Of a DNA stretch of 38,362 bases, positions 1 through 12,850 are shown in pieces (the stretch's first letter is position 1; the number at the start of each line of letters is the position of its first letter). Source of the DNA: Catajapyx aquilonaris. Lineage: Eukaryota. Below the pieces are notes generated by a model that saw only the letters and a list, made by a program, of their open reading frames with translations, did not search any database and was not told where the DNA came from. A program made the translations under genes and the position numbers. The stretch lies in contig KZ538207.1 in assembly GCA_000934665.2 (NCBI GenBank), forward strand, positions 62,001 through 100,362, given 5' to 3'.

Positions 1-39
1 CACGGGGTCCTTTCGTTTATGAATACTTATCTTTTGTAG

Positions 40-2287
40 CAACATCATAAAGCGGTTTCGAAGCACAAATAGACCATTCCTAAACGCATTAGGCCAATGA
101 CCCAGCGATGGACAATAGGAATTTCTTTTCGAGCCGTATAGGAGTAGGTGTAAGCTGTGGGACGATAGGCATAACCTTCTCGGCTGTTGCCTGGATATTA
201 TATTCACCTTTTGGATCCCGGTATATATGAGAGACGAGGCCTGTAACGCTTCGCAACTTTGGAGGTTACAATGTTCAATAAAAGAATTTAAAAAAAGTCG
301 TGAAAAAAAGCACTGCGTTGTCACGATTTCTGCTGCTGATATTGGGCGTAAAATGTGTGTAAAAAGTTACAGTACACCTCGTGTAATATTTATTATATTC
401 ATATACTGCTTGACCTTCGCTTTTTTTTGTTCATAAGTGTTCGCTGCTGATATCATCTACATAAAACACGCATGATAATCGTGCGGATCTCTGAAGAACT
501 TGCGTTCCGCTCAGTTTCGCGTTCCTGTGTGCAAAGCATCAGTCTCGGCATAATGAAAACCACCGAGATCACACAGCAAGAACGTGCCAAGCTCAATGTT
601 CACGGACATACTTTAAATTTTTAATGTTACTACATAGGGTCGAGGACAGACACTGACTAACCTCTATTATGGGGCATTTAAATTTAATAATATGCAATGG
701 CGGTACATACAGTTGGAATAATCATATACAGGTACAGTATTTCTGGGAAAATTATAATCGGATGATAACTCGATAAATAATAGCCTAACTCCCCACCCAG
801 ATTTTTCGAATGAAATAATGAGCGTAAATTACATTATTTTCCTAATGCATAATTGCATTATCCACTAATCCTTACATAATTAGGCTATAAGTGATCGGTT
901 TAACACCCGATTGGTCCATATTTGTGTAACTTTGTCAACAGAAATTAGGGACCGGTTGAATGAACGCAAATTAGGGAAAATCTTCGAGTTGTGTACATTC
1001 ATAATATCGTATGCATACAACCGGCTCCAATGGGAACGAATGCAAATTATACGGCTGATAATCGAAGATTTTCACTAATTTGACTTGTAGTTTATTATCG
1101 TAAAAATGCATACACAAATGTGGATTTCACCATCGTTCGCAACACATGTGAAACTTCCCATGTGACACCCCTGTGCGGGGCAAATGTGACATGGTCGTGA
1201 AGCAAATCCTGTTTGCTCCCGATATGATCCAGGAGGCAATCTAAGTGGGGCATCGCAACCCAAATCGCCACTCACCTGACAAACGGGCGAGGTATCGGTA
1301 AATCCTACGACACGAATCAAGCACGCAGCATCCGCACCACCGTCCTACCTCCCCCACCGCCCTTTTAGCCAGGTGCCATCGGCAAGGTTCCGGAACAATC
1401 GTCTCACTGGAGGCTGACCCGGGGTCAGACAACCTGAGGCAACCTGAGCTACTACAACCGGCACAACCACCACCCTCATCGTCATCACCGTCACCAGCAT
1501 CCGAGTCAGGAACATGACCAATTCTCTCCCTCATTTTTTTCACATGGTGCGCTGACCACACACGCACGACACATGCACTCCGGTCCACCTCCTCATGGTC
1601 CACTGTTCCACTTTTTCGGGTACAACCCCCAGCAGCAGGCACGACTCTACGAGGCCGCAGCCGCAGCTCGAATGATACGAGCCGCTCCGGCCACCTTCTC
1701 CTGACCCCACTCTGGCGGCGCCACCATCGCCGCCAGGGGGCTTCACACACTTTAAAAAAAAACAGCCGTCAGGGTCGGTCACTCAAGTGCTAAGCGGCAC
1801 GGGTCTCATTCTTCTCCACTCCCGATCCTTCCTTTTAACTTAACCCCTACTGTGCGGTGCAAAAAAAACACAACTTAAACTTTAAAGAAATCGGCGAGTC
1901 CAGTCAGGTTGACAAAATGGAGGGTAGGCACTAGACCGATTTTTTTCCGCCTTTTCCAGACTTTTTTTTTTACCACATGGGTGTTGATCGTCACGCCAGA
2001 CAAAAAGCCCCGCCATAGGAACAGGGGCAAGGTTGGAGAATCTAAAAATGTCACCGCCACCCATTCAATGACGCCCTCTGGTTGCTAGACACATTTGTTT
2101 TTTTCAAACTCTGCCTCTCCTTTTGCATCCTGTCCAGATCGGCAACCGGCCAAGCACAACGGTTCCTGAATGGCGACTTCTTCGGACAAGTCATTGTCGA
2201 ATTATCTCGTCCCCGAACGTACAGGGTGCTGCACAAATGAGCTGTTTCAGCAACCTGTTTGAAGACGAACAGGTAGCTAATGTATAA
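40..2287 (+). pseudogene. Degenerate T-box transcription factor (about 3 exons: ~40-347, ~439-585, ~1091-2287)
   Basis: Acceptors ttttgtag (39), tttgttcataag (438) and ttgtag (1090). Across frameshifts: DNRNFFSSR..VSCG, PGYYIH and SQLWRLQCSIKEFK (cf. YIHPDSP..GAQWMKQ.VSF.KLK), LHKTRMIIVR (cf. MHKYQPRLHIVR), N-H-R/T-E-ITQ (cf. YQN.ITQLK) and NAYT..GF (cf. NPFAKGF). A His/Pro/Ser/Ala-rich tail follows (HHPHRHHRHQH; QARLYEAAAAAR). Many stops and indels. Confidence 0.5.
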
Positions 2288-5049
2288 ACCAATGACGCGT
2301 ATTATTCAAAATTGAGAAATTATTCACTGTGTAACATACTCCTTTTATAAATCGTATGTCATGTAATTATAGGAGTTTAAAATTTGCCACGATTTTCGGG
2401 ATTATTGTGATGCAAGGATCATCAATCATTTCATAATGCAAGCTGCGTGGCCCAAGGTCTTCATCGATATTCAGGACCGAATCTGTTGCGAATAATTTGT
2501 CTGGAGGCCATACTGCGCGATGAGCACTGAGTTTTTTTTTTAAATCACCGTAAGCCTATGGTATAGTCGATTCTATGATATCAAAACGGTGGGTGTTGCA
2601 CAACATTACGCAACCATCCCGTTCAATATCATCACTCTATAATATACGTACATAATACAAGATAAGACACATGACATCATTCGATTCGGGGCGTCATCGA
2701 CTGAACAGAAAATGACCCTCAGGACACGCCCAGACAAATCGCGGGTGTCCCCCAAAAGTGTCTGTGAATACCCCCCCTCTCTGCGCACCGTCCCTCTTTT
2801 GAGTTCGGTTCCGCATCTTGCACGCGAAATAATCCGCCGCAGCCCTTTCAACTCTATCATGAAAGAATCGGCCATGTGCCAGTGTTCCTGCTAAAATTGT
2901 CACGACAGTTCACTCACCGCTGAATGCTGGCTTGATTCTGCTTTTTACACTATTATTATTTGTTATTATTAGGCCTCGCCCCTTGTCTCGTTCGTTTACA
3001 GGGTGGTTCAACCGAGTCGTACCACTTTAAAAGTAAGATATCGCACCTTGCTGGCATGAATCACCTATCAAGTAACAAGGCTGGGAAATAATCTCCTGAT
3101 TACAACAATTTTACTATTGTTCAGGTAGATAAGTAGCATATATAGGCCTACAAATTTTATCGCCATTATTTCTCCCCCATCAGCATATTCTGCTCGAACC
3201 ACCGAGTATGTCACGCGACCGTTGGGCATTCATACCGCAAAACTTATCAGCATTATTAAATATCTCCGCCTTTTGATCACGCTAATGAAATCCGTAGTTG
3301 GACAATATAATGGTCGCACTAAATTACTACTCTTTGATACCACCTTATTTCTTCCCAGCCCGAGCTCAAAGGACCCCCCCCCCCCCCCCTTTTGCCTGTA
3401 TAGTATTTGTCACGTCACGTGAATTCCTCAAATTTTCTCGATGGATATATATCGTTTTTATCCCTACTTAGGATTCAATTTGCTGAGGTATATGCAAACG
3501 TTCGCAGTTTATTGTTTGCAGAGCACTGATTGAATCGGGGGGTCCAGATTAATCGTTATTCATACTTATAATCGATATGCATATAGTATAGGGAGCCAAA
3601 ATTTTCGGGGGAGATTGTTTAAATAAAAAAAAAGGTTCTGCGTGTGCCGAATGTGTTCAATGACCGAGAAGGGAAAGAGAGGAAAACTGCGTGGGTAGCG
3701 TGACACTCACCGCCACTTCCTTCTCGTCATCTCTCCGTCAAAAAGGCAATGGGCAAAGACCCCTTCCAATCTCGACCCCCCCATCCTGAACCCCCTTCTC
3801 TAGCTGCACAAAAAGACAAAAACTACTAGTCCCCCCCCCCCTCCCCCAATAATAATAAAAAAGCCAAAACCGGGTTGCAACCTCAAAAGCGTGATAATTC
3901 GCACAAACCGGCGCCGGATTATTATCAGGAGCAATTAATCAGCTTGATAGTGTAATGAGGCCGGACAGTGCAATGGTTTACAAATAAACGAGTTCAACAT
4001 GTCATGAACAGTGCGGCGACTTCAATGCGACATGTCAGTGTCAGAGGTACAGTATTTGCATGTCTTGTTATGTATATACTGATGAATCAAGATAGACTGG
4101 TGCAGCATGTTTCCCAGGTAAAATGCTTTTTACCAGTCCCCAATTGTTGTATAAATTTCTAGACTCCGGAGTATACTATACATCATTGTACAGTACACTG
4201 TCGTACAACTGGGAAAAAAAAACTTTGGACAAACTGGACGCGATTAACTGATTAAGATCACGTGAAACCATAGTATTTCCCAGCTGCCTAATCTGCTATT
4301 TACACAATATTCACACGAATAAAGAGGCGCCTGTTAAGGCAAATAAAAATGTTATGAACCTCAGCACCATCAGTAACCGTAAATCAGCATGTTCTACAAA
4401 TCCGTGTCCATAGCTATGACACTTGATAGTGCCGCATTTATCACTATTCTCGCCAGCTCTGAACCACCCTATAAAACACACACTGATTTACACACGCACC
4501 GATTATAAACACGACCCTTTTTCTTTAATTCCTCATATACCTTTCTGAATCATGTGACTTGCAACCCATATACTACAGTAGACATACCCCCAGCCAACTC
4601 CAGACAAATTTGCCAGCAGCTCAGTAAATGCCACACGAAATGGGGCTGGAAAGAAATGAATGATTTTACCTACCAATATGACGGACGTTGCGAGTGCTCA
4701 TGGGAGATTTCCAGAGGGGGGGGGGGGTCAGAAATAATGGTGCTGCCATATTTGGCGACCCCACACCTTAACCCCCTCCCAGCCTATTAAAAAAAATCGC
4801 ATGCTCTAGTCCGGATATGCATTGCAGGGGCTGTATCTTAATCACCTTTCACTGCTGCTTTTTATCATGCGATTGAGCTCCAAGTCAGGTCTCCGGAATT
4901 CCAGATTTTTGGCTGACAAGGGTTGACCTCACGGGCGTCTTCACTTCGGAGTGACAACCGAAACCGAACCCTCCAGGGCTTCCCCTCAACCCTTTAGGGG
5001 AGCTTGTAAGTGAAGCCAGCTGAAACACATGCGTTCATTTATGAACAGG

Positions 5050-6926
5050 GGGGTCGCCAAACTGTCTCAGAATTTCGGGGAGAAACAAGTCAGTGACCAC
5101 CACCTGGGGGTCCATATGGCTGTGTCACCACTGGTCCAGCAACGTTATGTTTCTGGCCTTGTACTCTGTGGGAGGTAAGAATCTCCACACGCAGGTGGTG
5201 AGCCCACCTGCGTTGGTAGTAAACACAAACTCCACCCCCACCTCTCATCCCCCCTCAAAAAAAGCGCACGTGCTCATCGCAAATTACGGGCCGGGTTCTA
5301 GTCAAGACAAGCAGGGAGAGAAAAGGTAGCTCCTTACCATCCTTCCCGACAAAAGCAAAGGGGGGGACCCAGAAAAGGAGGGTGGCCGGCCGTGAAAATG
5401 GGGGCCCGCCACCTGTTTTTGGACCCCCCCCAACCCCTACGAAAACCACCACAATGGCCGCCATTAGAGGCCTCGAGGCCCAGCCGGGGATAATTAAAGG
5501 GGATGAAGGCCTGCTGACAAGCATGCTCAGGGCTGCTTGAGACATCAACAGGGCTAAGCATCCCCCTCTAGCAATGGACCTCCCACAAGGGGTTATATTG
5601 GGCACAAAGAGAGGGGCTGACATGTACGGGGCGTAACGATCAGGAATCACCGCAAAGTGGGGAATTTTCCGGAAAAATTCGAGCGAATCGCACTTTTTTT
5701 TACGAAAGAGTTGCGAACATTTGTGGAAAACTATTGCTGAATAGATTTCCAGCAACTTGCGGTTCTTCGCCAGTATTCACTGGAAATTCACGGTGGGCTG
5801 TGAGAAAATGCCATATGCCCTCTATATACGCCAACGATCTAAAAAATAAAAAAAAATCAGGTCCGAAATAATACGGATATGAAACTACGATGCCCAACAC
5901 GAGCAGAGAAAATATATGGGGGCACCAACACAACAGACAAGAAACCGGACTAGAACCATCACACTGAGGATTGTTATAGGAGACGTGTAATAACAACTTG
6001 ATCCTGCAGATCGACAAGGTACAAAAGACACGTGCGGTGTGTCGTCCTTTCAAAAACTCCGAGAGGTAGTATTTCGGGCTAGGCTTTCATATCGGGAGAC
6101 CCCGCACTTTTACCTACTTTTCTAGGCTTGTATCTGCTGAAAGATAGGTATGGATCCGCTGAAGAAATGTGCGGATCCGCTGAAGAATAGGAGTGTATCC
6201 GCCGAGAAGTTAGGTCATGGGATAGGTTGGTACACCGTGCCCCTACCCCTGCCACATTCGGTCTCCCGATATGAAAGTCTTTCCGTATTTCGCAAGTATA
6301 ACGAAGCATAATATTGGTCGAGTGGTTGAGTAGTGAGCTTAATCTAGGAAATGCGATTGGCCAACTTTTCCATCCAAACTTCACGACAGATTTGATGCAA
6401 ATCCTAAACTTTTCCGCACATTTTACTGCCCGGTTTTGCGCCTATTGATGGCCCTCCTTCAAACAAGTCCCTATAGATACTATCGCCCTTCCCAAAACCA
6501 TTAATCCCCATTCCATAACGCCGCAGGAATGCAACCACCGTCACGTCGCTGGAATTTTCGTATCTCCCAACACCTCCAAAAAGTCCCAAGAAAAAAATAT
6601 ATATATCGGACTTCTTGAGGCGGGTCTTGGGAAAAGCTAAGTGACTGGCGAGGCAATAATCACTAATCACCTGTGAGGACTTAGCCTTCAGAAGGGAAGC
6701 ATGCTCCATTTTGACAGGCCGCTTGGAAAAAAAGGTTACGGTAGGTGGGGGGTTTTCCTACCACCTTTCAGAGCGGCTCCTATACGGGGCTCAACTTGAT
6801 GGATTTCTTCGTCTTCTCCGACACAACACCCTCAGAAGAAGGGGGGGACACCTTCGGGTGAAAGTGGACACAACGGGCGTTAAAAAGAAGGCCGGATTTT
6901 TAAGATCTGTGAGCGGTCATTTTTAA
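5050..6926 (+). mobile_element. Degenerate Mutator-like (MULE) transposase
   Basis: Motifs in MULE order: SHPP..AHV; RAA*DINRAKHPPL; FASIH...KMPYAL (cf. LFSIH..QVPLVF); RLLMAL (cf. RKLMALP); TNHL*G (cf. RTNN..EGW); C-terminal FLRSVSGHF*. Catalytic DDE residues are not recoverable. Confidence 0.45.
6081..6280. mobile_element. ~200 bp MITE-like insert with 18-21 bp TIRs and internal short tandem repeats
   Basis: ctttcatatcgggagacc (6084-6101) is the exact reverse complement of ggtctcccgatatgaaag (6260-6277). Internal degenerate ~21-23 bp repeats with core ggatccgctgaagaa lie at ~6130-6210. No clear TSD. Confidence 0.7.
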
Positions 6927-7199
6927 AGTCATGGGATTTGTCGATATCGGTCGGTTAGTTCTCTATCGCACCTGCCCTTTTTTTTTACTGGTAATCTGTA
7001 ATGAAGGGGGCAGCATGCGGCCAGGGCACTCCGGAAAAATTTGTGGGGGGCCCACCCGGGCACAAGGGCCTGCCGAAACCGCCCCTGAAGCAAGAGCGGG
7101 CATCTTGTGCAAGCTCAAAGAGTCCCGCCCTTCTGGATTCCATTCAAATCAGGCCGCCTTTTACCTTCACACTCCCCCTCAAACCAATTCAAAGATCCA

Positions 7200-7990
7200 A
7201 ATCAGTAATACCATGCCTAACGTACCGAGATCAAATATCATTGTTGAGACGAAGTTACACGCCATTTAGGTACTATCTTATTTTATGCCCAGCCCAATTG
7301 CGTCATTACTCCTGGGAAAAAAAGCGGTTGCAACTGCATGTACTCACATAATGCACCCAGGAACGTGGGTGTCGAAGGTTGTGCGACTTCCTCATTTAAA
7401 AAAGCACGGAGGGGCAAAAAAAATAGGCTCGTTATTCCTCTGGTTTAGACAGGGGGCGTCGTGGGCGGCCCTACCACCCCCCAATTTTCATGGAGGACAA
7501 GGAGGCGTCGCTTGGGGTCACTCAAAGACCATACAACTCTCTTGGTAACGGTCAGCAGTGTTTTCTTCACACAGACCGCCACCCTGAGGGGGGTGCCCAC
7601 CTCCAGAAAAATTTCCGCCTACCCTAAAAAGATAAGCGGCGTTTCAAAAGCCGGACCACCGGGCGATTTCTGAGGAAACATTCTCAAGGTGGGGGATTTG
7701 ACGGGATCCCTCCCGCCAAAAAAAAAAAAAAAATCTTGTTAGCAAAAGCGGGTAAAATCAAAAGCCGATGGCCACAATTTGGAGAGGTGGGGTGGCCAGC
7801 TGTTACATCAAGAAACTTCCTGGGGGCGGACAAAAGTGGACAGGACCAACTGGCTGGACCAAATTCGGACCTAAAAATACCTCTTCTCCTGTCTCTCAGC
7901 TGCTTAGCTTTGGGGGTCCCAAGTGACGTTGGTGGCAGTTTAGCCCCCCACCGAAATTTATGCGGGCCATCTGTCAGTCGGATGGCGAGG
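7200..7990 (+). mobile_element. Second degenerate MULE transposase segment (C-terminal half)
   Basis: IIVETKLHAI...ACTH...WVSKVVRLPHL...WFRQ...AALP (cf. DFE.A...GC.FH..AVWRKVQELGL...IRKLMALP), and FMRAICQ near 7957. The region is rich in homopolymer runs. Confidence 0.3.
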
Positions 7991-8111
7991 TCCATTCACA
8001 AACCTCCTCACCACCCACCCAACCCTCAGTCCCAGACACAATATCGGCGTCGTCAAAGTGTCGCGGTTTTGTCGCAATTATAACAACTGGCGGCATTGTC
8101 CAGCTCTGCAA

Positions 8112-8240
8112 TATAGTCACAATTCGCCCGATGCAAACTCGCCCGATGAAAATTCGTCCTACGAATATACGGCCCGATATAATGTGCATCGGGCGATTTT
8201 CGTGGGGGCGAATATGCATCGGACGAATTTGTATGATACC
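8112..8240. mobile_element. Palindromic element of ~15-bp subrepeats (MULE-type terminal repeat or MITE)
   Basis: About four forward units (aattcgcccgatgca-like, 8121-8180) face about three inverted units (gcatcgggcgatttt-like, 8186-8230). It ends gtatgatacc at 8240. Confidence 0.7.
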
Positions 8241-8619
8241 ATGACGGGATATTGTCACTGGTTATATCCTGCCTAGTCTAGGCCCCACATCTTTCAGGCA
8301 GATGCCTCAAAATTTCCCCTCGAATGGCACGCGCATCCAGCACTGTCCCCAAAAGGCAAGTCTTCCACAATTTCCTGAAAAGGGCCTTCCTTTTCCCCCC
8401 TTCCTCCCCATTTTTTTCCCCCCTGGTTCTTCCTTAAGTTCGTAATAAATGAAGCTCCGCCACAGGCCATCGGCGTGTCGCCCAGATGCTTCTCCGCTAT
8501 CTCTTTCTACGCCCCCAACACGTGTCCCACACGCTTGCCACGCGACCAGAAATACGTTCAATCCATCGTAAAAGTGCCCATTGCGTGAATGGAGAGTTCC
8601 GATATATGTAAAAGTGCGT

Positions 8620-10560
8620 GCGTACCTAAAAATAGTCGCGGCCATACAGGATGAGGTCTATAAAAGTCATTCTGAAGTGACGCACACACACGCATGTTTT
8701 ATGCTGAATGTGGGGAAGACCTTTTCTTCGCAGCTTTTGATGATTCGCAACATCCGGACACATGTGGTCGTTTCGGTGCTGTTTCGGAATGATATTGAGC
8801 TGTCGGGGCCGACTTGAAATTGCGGCGGTGGCCGTGAAATGTGTGCATTCCCCGACGGCAGGGGTGTCCAAATAAACTACTATTGATCTGCAAGCCAGAT
8901 GGGCCAGAATCGTCCCAAGCAATTAAATCATGTCACAGTGATTTTTCCACCAATCCGGAACCTAACACTTAAAATCACAAATTCTGTTTCAGTCACAGTT
9001 TATACTCGTACATTATCCTGATAGTTAGACATCTTTGCGAGCAGGTGAGACGGACGGGTGGCTCCGGCTAATCAGGATAAGGGCACAGTATAATTATTTT
9101 TTTGATTTCCGAGCATGTGTCACGGTTTGCTTTGACATCGGTTTTAAAACTGATGTGGCATGCGCTTGTGTTTCAGTTTTTCAATATGGCATGCCTTTTC
9201 ATGCATGAAGGGCTTGATGCAAAAATTCCGGGCGTATCACATGGTCATTTTTCACTCACTGGCCGGTAATTTCTTCAGTCCATGCCAAAAAGCGGGTTTG
9301 ACAAAGAAAAACTGAAGGACCTGATAAGGTCTTGAGAAACGGCTGCAATTTTCTGATACTGTAGCTCTTTTTTTCTTGTATAGTTAATAAAGTTCAAGAA
9401 CTTCGTCCCGCAATGCTGCAAAGTTCCAGCAGATGACCACTTATCATTCTTATCGAACATGAATGTGTCAAGAAGAATATGAACTCAACCTTTTGATGTC
9501 CATTGCAGAGACTGATCGTGAGAATATTAACCGTTAAAAATACATATACTGTACAAACGTGTCAATTGGCTATTAATGTTTCTAAATACAGGGAGCCATT
9601 GGTTCAGCCATTTACTGTATGGCTTCCAACGATAGGACTAAATCTTGATTTCTTTGAAGAAAACTATCTCTTCGATGTCAAAAAAAACCCCTCCCATTTA
9701 GGTTTTTGTTTTGTTTCAGTGAATCCCTCAGAAGGGCATATGCCACGGCCAGATATTCGCTTTGACATTATTCTTTTGTATACTTCGTAAAAGTGCAGAG
9801 TGCACCTTCAGCATTTCAGTTAGACTGTCCATGACAAGCCTTTACAACCCATTTCCCTCACATGCGATGAGATAGTGTCCGCTCAGATTTGAAACTATAT
9901 ACAGCAGTTTAAAGCTCCACCAAGTGCAATGATTTCTTTATTGCGGTGCAATAGGATATAAGCTATGAAATACAGCATTAAATTAAATCAGAATAAGTAA
10001 ATCGTCCCATTTCCGTAAAATTCATTGAAATTTATAATTAATTATTAAACAATTGTGAAGAATACCGTGAATTGGGGTAAGATTGTGCCGGGTGGGGTGA
10101 GATTGTGCCAGTGCATTTTTGGGGGGGACAACAGTGCGCCATATCGCGAATTTGACTCGTTATTGCTAAACCTTGACCATCCCTCATGTAGTAAAATATG
10201 CCTAAATTCGCCTGCTGCCAGTAGGGCGCACTGTTGTCCAAAAATGCTCTGGCACAATCTCACCCCACCTGGCACCATCTCTCCCCCAATTGACGGTACG
10301 CTTTAATACATTACAATTCATAATAAATGAATAAAATGTGTTCAGAATATTTTGGCCAGCTCTGAATCAACCGCAGCCAGTCGTTAACACCGTGTGACCA
10401 ACAGTCCATGCATAAGTAATTGATTAGGCCCGGAGCCGGCATCCATCGGTCATCTTTCAGCAGCGGCCCGAGTGTAACCCACAATCGGGTGACGTATTGC
10501 GTAGGTGGCGCCGCTCAGGTGGTGAAGGTTCCTTTATTGGTCATGGGAGTGCGTGTTGCG
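8620..10560 (+). pseudogene. Degenerate nuclear hormone receptor (DBD plus LBD exons)
   Basis: DBD-like DEVYKSHSEV..HAC...GKTF and SCRG..EI....REMC (8640-8850). After acceptor 9383: IKFKNFVPQCCKVPADDHLSFL (cf. FAK.IP.F..L..DDQ..LL). After acceptor 9719: KPLQPISLTCDEI. After acceptor 10359: PCDQQSMHK*LIRP...VKVPLLVM (H10 and AF-2-like). Zinc-finger cysteines are incomplete. Confidence 0.4.
10065..10296. mobile_element. Tc1/mariner-pogo type MITE with ~75 bp TIRs and TA TSD
   Basis: TA|ccgtgaattggggtaagattgtgccgggtggggtgagattgtgccag...acaacagtgcgcc is mirrored by ggcgcactgttgtcc...ctggcacaatctcaccccacctggcaccatctctcccccaattgacgg|TA. TA at 10063-64 and 10297-98. Confidence 0.85.
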
Positions 10561-11932
10561 TGTGTGGTGGGTGGGGGATGAAGAGAGAGTGCAAAGTGGA
10601 AGGTGAGGGTCACGGCCACACATATATACGATCCCCCTCATCCCTCCAAAAAAATATCTAACCCCACTCTACTATAACCCCCGTGACTTCTCCGGAACCA
10701 CCTGTTCCGGAAGCCCGACCCTGGCCACGCTTTGCTAGGTAGGTTCTTCCTCGAGGGGGTGTCCTCTCCCCACCAACCCTCTCTCTCACCCCATCCTCTC
10801 ATTTTTTTTTACCATTATTAAGGGCTCGGCAGAGGGTAGAGTTCAAGAGACACAAACACGACCAGCCATTCCCGGATGCTGTCATGGCTTTTGCGTCATC
10901 TCTTGGGAGCGAGAGGAAGTGGAGTAGACCCCATTGTGAGCCTTTTTCATGCCCTGAAATGCATAATGGCTATGGGAGCTTAGCTCAGATATATGGAAAG
11001 ACGATAAGTGTTCTATTTAGGGAGTAGTTAGCGATCTTGATTGGCATGGCCCACTATTTATACCCGACTGCTTGTGGGGTAAATATATGAGCAACATGCG
11101 GGCAAGATAGGAGAAAAATTAAAGGTATAAAATTATCCGGCGAGCCAATGCAGTAACTGCATCGGATTTTGATGGCGAGTTTTTTTTCAGTAACCATTGG
11201 CCCATAATTAAAATCAGTAGTCTACTAAGAGTATAGAATTGGGAAATGCATCAATTTTAAACCGTGCGATTCATGGATTCACTGCCTCCGAATCTTAGGG
11301 TCATCAAATTTGAGTTTAAATTAATTTTAAACAGCGCGTTAAAACCAACATCTCTGAATTCAGCCTCGTAAGGTGGGAGGCGATTTCTTACAAATCACAA
11401 ATTATATTTCTTGCAAATCACCCATTTTCTAACTAAATATCGCGTCAATCCTTAATTTATGCTAAACTGCATCGTTTTTACGCCTGTATTTTTATTTAAG
11501 AAGTATGGCCTACAATACATAAGCATACGGGCATGCATAAAACGAGGAAATGTCACGAATTAATGTATAGCAGACTATCATATTTTTCAGTCCATATAAT
11601 CTAGTGGCGATTCAGCAGGTCGCCCCCCAGCTTATTTGCTTTTCAATTCAGGCTAACAGCAAACCGTCATGAGTTTCATGACAAGTAATCATATATAACA
11701 TCTCAGATGACGATTTTTTTTCTATTTTTACAAAAATCAGTTATCCAACTCTCCCTAAAATGATGACAGCAAAAAAAATGGGGTGCCAAACTTTTTAAAT
11801 TTTATGTAATTTTATTTTAATATCAAGTACGTTCTAATTGATTTTAAATATTGCCGTTATGTGTGTTTGCTCCATAGCATTTTTTATGGAAGTTCCTCAC
11901 GTGCTGTCCCCATCCTTTGATTCTTCACACAG

Positions 11933-12850
11933 GTCAGAGTTGATGGAGCATATTGGTCAAAGACAAGACGGCCCAGTGAAGGATTATTTCCACAGCTGGG
12001 CCTCCCAAAGCGGGCATTCACATATTGGGGGGGGGGGGGGGNGGGCATTCCCCCAATTTTCTCCCCTCTTTCCGCTTCCCCCGCTACCTTTCTGTCGGTT
12101 TTTCCTCACACCTGCCATACCCTCAAACAGGAAGCTTTCCAGGAGTCAGCTGGCAAACTTAAAACAGTTAAACTTTACCAGACCCCGCGTACTCTATGAT
12201 CGCATGTATCATTTACTGACCCAACCTTCCAAGACGCACCCTTTAAAAAAATGGACGCACAAGTTTGGTGTATTCGTCATATTTTTTCCCACACCCGGAC
12301 AGAGAGATAAGTTGATAAGGTTACGGAAAATTCCAGGTCGCATAGGCGCCTGGAGATAAACAATTGTTCTAACTCCCACCCTGCGTATACAGCACTGAAC
12401 GATAAGCTTCTCCCTTGACACTTGGTGAAAGTTGCGGAAAACGCCTATGAAAAAGAAAAAAGAATAAAAATAATATGGAGAACGGAGCAAGGAATTGGGG
12501 CATATCGTACCGCCATTATGAGACTGACAGGATTTCCCTATGCTTGCTTTATGTTTATGACCTTGCCCTCTCGGTGAGAAAGTTAATCTGTATACGGAGA
12601 CAAACGCTCCAGAGCTCCTCAGGTGAAAATTGCTCGGTGCTGTAACCCGATAATTTATGACTTTTTATTTGACAATAGGAAATGACCGGCGCGGGATAGA
12701 ATCGGCCCGATCTAAATTCAACCCTCTGATAGTTATGAACAGATAACGCTCGATTTTTGAAATAAATTCAAAGCCCCCGCCTGCTTAAAAATAGCGTCCG
12801 TATACTGTCGTCGTAAACAGGGACCGATTTTTGCAACTGTCCCGATAAGG
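11933..12850 (+). mobile_element. Degenerate L1/Tx1-clade LINE ORF2 (reverse transcriptase) fragment
   Basis: VRVDGAYWS...FSPLF...AIPSN...LYDRMYHLLTQPSKTHP...KFG (cf. PLSPLLF..AIRSN..LYADDMLL.L.DP..S.P...FG). Further on, LGEKVNLY...APELL (cf. GRINLVK..LPKLLY) and KPPRL...KQG (cf. FIW..KPPRI....GGL). The YADD motif is not intact. Confidence 0.45.

Noticed and set aside
1241..1750. Longest minus-strand ORF (169 aa)
   Set aside because: It is the antisense shadow of the GC-rich T-box-like tail, with no recognisable motif.
6130..6210. Short spaced repeats resembling a CRISPR array
   Set aside because: Units are degenerate with only a few nt between them, there are no unique 25-45 nt spacers or cas genes, and the context is eukaryotic.
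7960..8276. ORFs with IRP/IGR or NSPD periodicity
   Set aside because: They are translations of the 15-bp palindromic repeat, not proteins.
8626..8922. THAP-domain-like CVCVRHF in a minus-strand ORF
   Set aside because: It lacks the conserved Trp and AVPTIF elements. The opposite strand fits a nuclear-receptor DBD that is followed by LBD-like exons.
10038..10306. Three overlapping ORFs sharing VPGGVRLCQ
   Set aside because: They come from the MITE's inverted repeats.
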